From the IMG/VR virus record IMGVR_UViG_3300017699_000031, positions 1-30,547 of that record: a stretch of 30,547 nt of DNA. One strand, written 5' to 3'. Each line of letters starts with the position of its first letter. Position 1 is the stretch's first letter. The position numbers and the translations under genes are program-made. The notes under the pieces were generated by a model, which made no database searches, was not told the origin of the DNA, and saw nothing but the letters and a program-made list of their open reading frames with translations. This document shows positions 1 to 6,610 of this stretch, in pieces. Source of the stretch: a virus (Duplodnaviria; Caudoviricetes).

Positions 1-693
1 GACGGTCTGGTCGATCTGCTGGACCTCGCGGCCGATGACGAGCCGATCCTGGCGCAAGGCCCCCTCGAAACGCTGGCGAAGAACTACGCCAACAAGGAGG
101 AGATCGCCCGCTGCATGCGCCTGTGGAAGGCCAACAGCCACGGATGGCGCGACGAGGCCATCGCCGCGGCCCGCCAACAGCTCCAGCCCGCCAGCGTGCC
201 GTCCGTGGCGCTCAAGGCCCCCGAGGGCGCTGGCGGGGCTCCTGAGCCCGCAGAGAAGCCCAAGCGCACGCGCAAGAAAAAAGACGCCGCACCGGCCGCA
301 GAGACCGATGAGGAGCGCGAGGCGCGGGAGATGGCCGAGCTGATCGGAGATGTCGTCGTCGAGACTGACGCTTCGAGCGAAGGAGCCGCGACTGTCGCCG
401 CCACGGTCAAGGACGGTCTCGTGCAGGTTCACGCGCTCGAAGCCGCGAAGGGGCCTGTCGAGGTCGCGAACCCCGGCGCGCTCACGGCCTTGCGGGGCCT
501 CAAGGAGCACGGCCGGATCACCGAGACCGATCTGGCCGAAAAGCTCGGGCTCTCGCGCTCCACCATCAACAACATGGTGCGGGAGAAGATCGCATGCGAC
601 CTCGGGCCGGAGCAGCGCAAGGCCCTGGCCGAGGCGATCGACGAGCACCTTAAGGGCCTCGCGTCGGCCCGCGCAGCGTTGGGCGCGGTCTGA
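1..693 (+). CDS. HTH-domain protein, 5'-truncated (Cro/CI-like HTH at C-terminus)
   Basis: Frame is open from base 1 (DGLVDLLDLAADDEP...) into the 115..693 ORF; C-terminal ITETDLAEKLGLSRSTINNMVREK fits an HTH pattern; stop overlaps the next ATG (TGATG). Confidence 0.7.
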   Translation, partial: DGLVDLLDLAADDEPILAQGPLETLAKNYANKEEIARCMRLWKANSHGWRDEAIAAARQQLQPASVPSVALKAPEGAGGAPEPAEKPKRTRKKKDAAPAAETDEEREAREMAELIGDVVVETDASSEGAATVAATVKDGLVQVHALEAAKGPVEVANPGALTALRGLKEHGRITETDLAEKLGLSRSTINNMVREKIACDLGPEQRKALAEAIDEHLKGLASARAALGAV

Positions 694-977
694 TGGACAC
701 GGCTACGCTTCACGGCCACGTCGCCAAGCTCAAGGACCACGCCAAGACGGAGGAGACCGTCGCGGCCGTCAATGCGGAGAGGGCGCGCATCGAGCGCCTG
801 ATCTTCAACACCGAGGCGGTCAACAAGGCCACCGGGCGGCTCGCGCTGCTCTGTGCCACGTCGCGCCCGGCGCTGCGCCTCAACAGCGGGCTCCAGCGCT
901 CATTCAAGCACGACGCTCTCGTGGCCGCCGGGGTCTTCCCGCAGAAGCTCACCGGCCGCCTGATGGACCGCGTGTAA
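693..977 (+). CDS. hypothetical protein, 94 aa
   Basis: TGATG coupling to the upstream gene; GC-rich third codon positions. Confidence 0.7.
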   Translation: MDTATLHGHVAKLKDHAKTEETVAAVNAERARIERLIFNTEAVNKATGRLALLCATSRPALRLNSGLQRSFKHDALVAAGVFPQKLTGRLMDRV

Positions 978-981
978 ACGC

Positions 982-1266
982 ATGACAGTGCCGCCGTATA
1001 TGCAGCGCGTGACGGCGGCACTGAACCTCTCGGAGACCGAGCTTGCGCGTCTGCTGGACGTCAAGCGCAAGGAACTCCGAAGCCTGATGCAAGGCAGGAT
1101 CGGCGACACTGCGGAGTTCGAGATCGACCCCATGTGGCGCAACCTGGCCGCCCTCGTAGACCACAAGCTCGGCGAGCTGCTGGCCATCCGCGAGGAGTTG
1201 AGCCGCAAGCTCGCCAAGGACACGAAACGGCGCATGGCGCGCAGGATGAGGATCGAGAGCCGGTGA
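982..1266 (+). CDS. putative HTH DNA-binding protein, 94 aa
   Basis: LNLSETELARLLDVKRKELRSL is HTH-like, followed by a basic helical C-terminus; tightly packed in the operon. Confidence 0.6.
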   Translation: MTVPPYMQRVTAALNLSETELARLLDVKRKELRSLMQGRIGDTAEFEIDPMWRNLAALVDHKLGELLAIREELSRKLAKDTKRRMARRMRIESR

Positions 1267-1538
1267 CAGAGCAGCGCTTCCCCACAGCCCCGCGCCAGGA
1301 AGGCCCGCAGGTCCGCACATGGCGGATGATCCAGAACGTCTCCGGCCCGCTGGAGGGGACGCTGAACGACTGGCCCTCCCACATCCAAGACACGATCGCC
1401 CACGCGATCGACAAGCTCAAGGAGAAGCACAAGCTGCCGCTCCTCGTGACGCACTCCGAATGCGGCCATGACGAAGACACCGGCCACTTCGTCTTCGTGG
1501 TCGTCCAGTATATCCCGAACCTTCTGGTGCTGCATTGA
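1263..1538 (+). CDS. hypothetical protein (MTEQRFPTAP...)
   Basis: GTG start in a GTGA overlap with the upstream stop; its stop overlaps the TTG start of the next gene. Start revised from the track ORF 1134..1538. Confidence 0.6.
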   Translation: MTEQRFPTAPRQEGPQVRTWRMIQNVSGPLEGTLNDWPSHIQDTIAHAIDKLKEKHKLPLLVTHSECGHDEDTGHFVFVVVQYIPNLLVLH

Positions 1539-2122
1539 GCCTTGTCCTCGGGATCGACCCCGGCCTCAACGGCGCGCTCGCGGTCTACGGCCCCGGCGTG
1601 CTGCTCTGCGAGGACATGCCGACCTTCCAGATGACGGTCGGCAAGAAGACGCGCAGCCGGATCGACGCCGTCAGGGTCGCCGACCTGATCGAGACCTACA
1701 AGATGATGGGCGTGGAGCTGGCGGTCATGGAGGCGGTCGGCGGCAGGCCACGGCAGAGCGCGTCGTCGGGCTTCGTCTTCGGCTACGCCACCGGGCTCGT
1801 CTACATGGCGCTCATCAACGCGCGCATCCCCGTGGAGACCGTGCCGGCGCAGACGTGGAAGAAGATCATGAAGCTGCCAGGCAAGAAGGGCGACACGGCC
1901 GCCGACGACAAGGAGCGCGCCGCGGCCGTGAAGCAGCGATGCAACGAGCTTCTGCCGGACGCAGGGGCTCAATTCTACGGGCCACGCGGGGGCGCTCGCG
2001 TCGACCGCATGGAGGCCGCCTGCATGGCCCTGTTCGGCTACAGGCATATGCTCGGCAACGGGCAAAGACAGCGCGACGTCGAGGGGACGATCGCCTATCA
2101 GATGAACGACGTGGGGGCTTGA
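1535..2122 (+). CDS. RuvC-like Holliday junction resolvase
   Basis: N-terminal VLGIDPGLNGA, AVME acidic residue, WKK and C-terminal DRMEAA match the phage RuvC-like catalytic layout. Confidence 0.85.
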   Translation: MSLVLGIDPGLNGALAVYGPGVLLCEDMPTFQMTVGKKTRSRIDAVRVADLIETYKMMGVELAVMEAVGGRPRQSASSGFVFGYATGLVYMALINARIPVETVPAQTWKKIMKLPGKKGDTAADDKERAAAVKQRCNELLPDAGAQFYGPRGGARVDRMEAACMALFGYRHMLGNGQRQRDVEGTIAYQMNDVGA

Positions 2123-2123
2123 G

Positions 2124-2378
2124 ATGAGCGAGCAAGCAAGAGCCGACCTCGCTTGGCGCTTCAAGGCCGCGTGGAGGTTCAAGACCCTGTCGCCGCTCAC
2201 AAGCCACGGGAAGTTCGCCCGGCCCGCCTACTGCGCCATCTGCGGCTGCTGGTCGTGGTCGACGTGGGAGGTCGCCCCGTACTCGACGGCCCACGGCTTC
2301 CTCTGTTCGGACTGCGAGCCGGAGAACAGTCGCGAGGTCGACGCCGCTTGGCGAGAATACTATTCAGGCTTGCTATGA
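2124..2378 (+). CDS. small putative zinc-finger protein
   Basis: CAIC...CSDC pair; abuts both neighbouring genes. Confidence 0.55.
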   Translation: MSEQARADLAWRFKAAWRFKTLSPLTSHGKFARPAYCAICGCWSWSTWEVAPYSTAHGFLCSDCEPENSREVDAAWREYYSGLL

Positions 2379-2527
2379 ACCCCGTCTTCCTGTGCATGCA
2401 GCTCAACGACGCGAGGCGGCGCTATAGGGCCCTGGCGAGGCTCGCTGGCCACGTCGAGAAACGCCGCGCCGTCAAGGCCGAGTGCGCCCGCCTCGTCGAG
2501 CAGTTGAAGGCCCTGAAATGCCGCTAG
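2375..2527 (+). CDS. small basic hypothetical protein (MNPVFLCMQL...), 50 aa
   Basis: ATGA overlap with the upstream stop; fills the gap to the helicase. Confidence 0.5.
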   Translation: MNPVFLCMQLNDARRRYRALARLAGHVEKRRAVKAECARLVEQLKALKCR

Positions 2528-3867
2528 ACATCTTCCCCTACCAAGAGGTCGGCGCGGCCTATATCGCCCAACGTCAGCGGGCCGGCCTGTTCGATGAGAT
2601 GGGGATCGGCAAGACCGCGCAGGCGATCAGGGCGCTCGATCTGCGCCGGCTCAAGCGCGGCATCATTGTCTGCCCGGCCGTGCTGCGCGAGAACTGGCGC
2701 GGCGAGTTCGCCAAGTTTTCCCATCTGGACCGGCGCATCTGCAAGGGCGTCACGATCCACGACTTCGTCGCCTGGTCGACAGGCCGCTACGACGTGCTCA
2801 TCACGAGCTACGAGATGGCGACGAAGTGGGCCGAGAAGATCGGCAAGCTCGGCGAGGTCTTGGAGTTCATGATTATCGACGAGGCCCACTACCTCAAGAA
2901 CCCCGAGACGAGCCGGACCAAGGCGCTGCTCGGCCCGATGGCGGACGGCACGGGCCTCGTCATGTGGTGCGAGCAGGCGTGGTGGCTGACGGGAACGGCA
3001 ATCCCCAACGACCCGATCGACATCTATCCGTTCCTGCGCTTCGCGGGCGTCATGCCGCTGTCGCTGGAGCAATTCCGCAAGCGCTACTTCTCCTCGCGCC
3101 CGAAGGCGTTCGGCTCTGTCCAGACCCCGATCAAGGACATGGTCACGGAGCTGCAAACGCTCATCCGCAATCACTCGATCCGGCGCATCAAGGCCGAGAT
3201 CGGGGTCGAGCTGCCGCCGATCTTCCTAACGTCTGCCCTGGTCGACGGGGACAGTATCGAGCTGCGCGAGCTGCTGGCCATGCACCCCGGCTTGGAGAAG
3301 GCGGTCGTGCGCGCCGTGGATGCTGGCGGCCTGTCGTTCCTCGACGCGCAGCACGTCGCCACCCTGCGCCGGCTCGTCGGCGAGGCCAAGGCCGTCCCCT
3401 ATGCTCACATGCTGCTGGAGGAGCTGGACGCCGGCCTCGACAAGCGCGTGGTCATGGGGCTGCACCGCAAGGCCCTGATGGACGTGCGCGACATCCTGAC
3501 ACGCCGCGGCTATCATGCCGTGCTAGTCAACGGCGACACGCCCGAGGCCGAGCGCATCGCGGCCGTCAAGGCGTTTCAGGAAGACCCGAGATGCAAGGTG
3601 TTCATCGGCAACATCAAGGCCGCTGGCGTGGGCCTCACGCTCACTGCGGCCTGCACGCTGGACATGATGGAGAGCGACTGGACCCCGGCGGGCAACGCGC
3701 AGGCGATCATGCGCGTCCACCGTCTCGGCCAGACGAGGAATGTGACGGGCAGGTTCATCACCCTGGCCCGCAGCATCGACGAGACGGTCAACCGTGTCGT
3801 CGCGGAGAAGACAGCCGTGATCGCGAACATTGAGGGCAGCGCCATGAACGCCGCGCCAGCCGCTTGA
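2518..3867 (+). CDS. SNF2-family (SF2) helicase/translocase
   Basis: DEMGIGKT (I), IIDEAH (II), LTGTAIPN (III), GVGLTLT (V), QAIMRVHRLGQ (VI). The ATG at 2518 (MPLDIFPYQ) is the preferred start. Confidence 0.93.
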   Translation: MPLDIFPYQEVGAAYIAQRQRAGLFDEMGIGKTAQAIRALDLRRLKRGIIVCPAVLRENWRGEFAKFSHLDRRICKGVTIHDFVAWSTGRYDVLITSYEMATKWAEKIGKLGEVLEFMIIDEAHYLKNPETSRTKALLGPMADGTGLVMWCEQAWWLTGTAIPNDPIDIYPFLRFAGVMPLSLEQFRKRYFSSRPKAFGSVQTPIKDMVTELQTLIRNHSIRRIKAEIGVELPPIFLTSALVDGDSIELRELLAMHPGLEKAVVRAVDAGGLSFLDAQHVATLRRLVGEAKAVPYAHMLLEELDAGLDKRVVMGLHRKALMDVRDILTRRGYHAVLVNGDTPEAERIAAVKAFQEDPRCKVFIGNIKAAGVGLTLTAACTLDMMESDWTPAGNAQAIMRVHRLGQTRNVTGRFITLARSIDETVNRVVAEKTAVIANIEGSAMNAAPAA

Positions 3868-3900
3868 CGAAGCACTCGCGAACTGTCTAACAAGTTAGAC
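3864..3900 (+). promoter_or_regulatory. putative sigma70-type promoter with palindromic operator
   Basis: TTGACG at 3864-3869, TAACAA at 3888-3893 (18-nt spacer); perfect inverted repeat GTCTAAC-aa-GTTAGAC at 3885-3900; SD-like AAAGG before ATG 3923. Confidence 0.5.
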
Positions 3901-3922
3901 CCCAACCCCGAAAGGTAGCTCC

Positions 3923-4399
3923 ATGAAATTTTCGATCACCGACCTCGACGCCGGCCAGCTCCAGACCGCGCTCGCGGCTCTGAACAGCAACGCCGGGACC
4001 GTCCTCGCCGCCGCTGCGCCCGCCGCCGTGGCCCCGACGCAGACGGCGGCCCCGACGCAGACGGCGGCCCCGGCGCAGATGGCGGCTCCGGCGGCCCCCG
4101 CCGCTCCGGCCCCTTTGGCCCCCGCGGCTGTCCCCATGACGCCCGCTACGCCTGCCGCGCCGGCCGCCCCCGCTGCCATCGCTGCCCCCGCCGCTCCGGC
4201 CGGAGCGCCTGATCTCAACGGCGTGATCGCCGCCATGGGCCAGTACGTCAAGGCCAAGGCCCCGCAGGGCGCGGCGCTCGCGAAGCAAATCCTGACGGGT
4301 CGCTACAACGTCGCCAAGGCCGCCGACATCAACCCGGCGCACTATGCCGACGCGATTGCGGTGTTCAGCGGCCAGATCGACCCCTTCGCGGCGGCCTGA
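3923..4399 (+). CDS. Ala/Pro-rich protein of the type found before DUF2800 genes
   Basis: Has an RBS; low-complexity AP linker followed by a small helical C-terminal domain; position matches APSE-like replication modules. Confidence 0.8.
   Translation: MKFSITDLDAGQLQTALAALNSNAGTVLAAAAPAAVAPTQTAAPTQTAAPAQMAAPAAPAAPAPLAPAAVPMTPATPAAPAAPAAIAAPAAPAGAPDLNGVIAAMGQYVKAKAPQGAALAKQILTGRYNVAKAADINPAHYADAIAVFSGQIDPFAAA
4031..4084 (+). repeat. 18-bp tandem repeat x3 (APTQTA/APAQMA)
   Basis: gccccgacgcagacggcg twice, then gccccggcgcagatggcg. Confidence 0.9.
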
Positions 4400-4402
4400 A
4401 CC

Positions 4403-5689
4403 ATGGCACACAGCGAGCGCGCTCATGCCCGGTTCAGCGCTTCGAGCGCGTATCGCTGGTTTGCCTGCCCCGGCTCGGCGCGGATGGTAGCATCTGCGCC
4501 GGCCCGACTGCCCAACCCCCACGCCGAGCTTGGCACCCTGGCGCATGAAGTGCTGGAGGGCGCGCTGCGCGCCGGCATCTGGCAGCTCCCGCCGGACCAC
4601 ATGCACGCCGGCCGCCCGGTCGACCCCGAGATGCGGGCCGCGGTCAACACCTGCCTCAGCTACGTCCAAGACCTCTGCGACATGGACGACGACGCGGTGC
4701 TGCTGTTCGAAGAGCGCTTCGACCTCCCGACCCACGTCCAGCCCGACGAGACCTACGGCTACAACGACATCCTCGTGTGGCTTCCGATGTACGGGCAGAT
4801 GCACGTCATCGACTACAAGAACGGCGCGGAGATCGTCGACGTCGAGGAGAACAAGCAGCTCTTGTATTATGGAACCGGCGCGCTCTCCCGCTTCAAGGAT
4901 TGGGACGTCCGCTCGGCCTTCCTGACGATCGTGCAGCCGCGCGCATTCCACCCCCAGGGCCCCATCCGCAGCTACGAGGTCTCGCCCGAGCGCCTGCGCG
5001 CCTTCCTTCACGAGGTCGACGACGCCGTGCTGGCCTGCCTCGACCCCGACGCCCCGCTCGTGCCGGGCAAGAAGCAGTGCCGGTGGTGCGACGCCTTCAC
5101 GATCTGCCCGGCCGCAGAGGCCGCCGCGCTCAACGTCGCAGCCAACGAGTTCGCCGACATCCGCCTCGTCGGCGCAGACACGATGCCCGACCCGAAGACG
5201 CTCGGGCTCGACCGGCTGGCCTATATCGTCCAGGCCGCCCCCTTCCTCAAGGCGTGGCTCGACGCCTGCGAGAGCCGCGCGTTCGGCTTCGCCATGATGG
5301 GCCACCCCATCCCCGGCAAGAAGGTCGTCCGCAAGCTGTCGCGCCGGCAGTACGACGGCGACCCGGCCGAGATCGCCGAGAGCCTGACACTCATTACAGA
5401 CGTCACCCTAGACGAAGTTATGCCTAGAAAACTTCTAGGTATTACAGACATGGAAGCCCTTCTAGTAGCGAGAGCGAAAGAGAAAGCCCCCCGCGGCAAG
5501 AAGAAAGAAGCCGCGGAGCAAGCAAAGCACAGTCTAGCATTCTTCACCATCAAGGAACCGAACGACGAGCTTACGCTGGTCGATCTGTCCGACCGGAGAG
5601 ACGCCGTCAATCCGATCGCGAAAAGTCTGGACGGCATCAGCCTGCCGGAGCTTCCGATGCTCCCGGCCCATAGCACAGAAAGCGCATAG
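4403..5689 (+). CDS. DUF2800-family Cas4-like PD-(D/E)XK nuclease
   Basis: HARFSASSAYRWFACPGS, GTLAHE, IDYKNG, QLLYY and CRWC...CP; the four Cys are consistent with an Fe-S cluster. Confidence 0.9.
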   Translation: MAHSERAHARFSASSAYRWFACPGSARMVASAPARLPNPHAELGTLAHEVLEGALRAGIWQLPPDHMHAGRPVDPEMRAAVNTCLSYVQDLCDMDDDAVLLFEERFDLPTHVQPDETYGYNDILVWLPMYGQMHVIDYKNGAEIVDVEENKQLLYYGTGALSRFKDWDVRSAFLTIVQPRAFHPQGPIRSYEVSPERLRAFLHEVDDAVLACLDPDAPLVPGKKQCRWCDAFTICPAAEAAALNVAANEFADIRLVGADTMPDPKTLGLDRLAYIVQAAPFLKAWLDACESRAFGFAMMGHPIPGKKVVRKLSRRQYDGDPAEIAESLTLITDVTLDEVMPRKLLGITDMEALLVARAKEKAPRGKKKEAAEQAKHSLAFFTIKEPNDELTLVDLSDRRDAVNPIAKSLDGISLPELPMLPAHSTESA

Positions 5690-5692
5690 ATC

Positions 5693-6610
5693 ATGGCCGC
5701 CTCACTTCCCAACCCGAAGACCCGGATGACGCCGCAGTGGATCGAGCAAGCGGTGCGCCAGAACCCGTGGACGAAACTCGAAAACGGGAACTGGCGCTCG
5801 CCCCCGGTTCGCCTCTCCTACCCTCACCTGTTCAAGCCCGTGCAACAGCAACAGACGCTCAAGCCCGGCGAGACCCCCAACATGAAGCACGAGGTCACGC
5901 TGCTGTTCTGCGGCCCCGTCGACCACGCCCCCTGGCTGGCCGAGTGGACCGAGATGTGCGGGCGCGAGTTCCCCGGCTGCGTCACGCCGCAGGGCCAGGT
6001 CGTCGGCCTCCACGCGCCCTGGCGCATGCAGGACGAGAAGTGCATGAAGTACGAGGGGTACGTCCCCGGCAACATCTTCATGAAGTGCACGTCCAACTTC
6101 AAGCCGCAGGTCGTCATGCCCGGCGCGCTGGCCGCTGACGGCACCCGCGCCTTCAACCCCGTGGTCGATGAGAGCCTGGTCTACTCGGGCGTGTGGGCCA
6201 TGCTCACGCTGAACTTCTACGTCTTCGGCAAGAACCCGCCGCAGCCGAAGAAGGGCGTGAAGTTCGGTATCCAGAACGTCATCATCATCGCGCCCGACGA
6301 GAAGTTCGGCGGCGGCGGCGGCACCGATCCGACGCAGGACTTTGCGGGCGTGACGATCGACGCCTCGACGGACTTCTCGGTCATGATGGCCAGCGCTCCG
6401 ATCGCTGGCGGCATGATGCCCGCGGCCTCTCCGATGTCGATCATGCCGGCGGCCACGCCGGTCGGTCTCGGCATGCCGTCGCTTGCCCCGGCCGCTGCGA
6501 TGATGCCGATCCACGCCCTGCCCGCCGCTGCGCCCGCGCTGACGCCCGACCAGGAGATGCTTCGCGACATCGGGCTCCCCTACGGTCATTCACCTCGCGG
6601 CGCACTGTGA
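5693..6610 (+). CDS. DUF2815-family ssDNA-binding protein with long Met/Pro/Ala-rich tail
   Basis: VRLSYPHLFKP, VYSGVWA and KGVKFGIQNV motifs; lies between DUF2800 and the polymerase, as is usual for this module. Confidence 0.85.
   Translation: MAASLPNPKTRMTPQWIEQAVRQNPWTKLENGNWRSPPVRLSYPHLFKPVQQQQTLKPGETPNMKHEVTLLFCGPVDHAPWLAEWTEMCGREFPGCVTPQGQVVGLHAPWRMQDEKCMKYEGYVPGNIFMKCTSNFKPQVVMPGALAADGTRAFNPVVDESLVYSGVWAMLTLNFYVFGKNPPQPKKGVKFGIQNVIIIAPDEKFGGGGGTDPTQDFAGVTIDASTDFSVMMASAPIAGGMMPAASPMSIMPAATPVGLGMPSLAPAAAMMPIHALPAAAPALTPDQEMLRDIGLPYGHSPRGAL

Noticed and set aside
4031-5689. CRISPR system suggested by a Cas4-like nuclease next to repeats
   Set aside because: The repeats are spacer-less in-frame coding repeats, no other cas genes are present, and DUF2800 is a standard phage nuclease.
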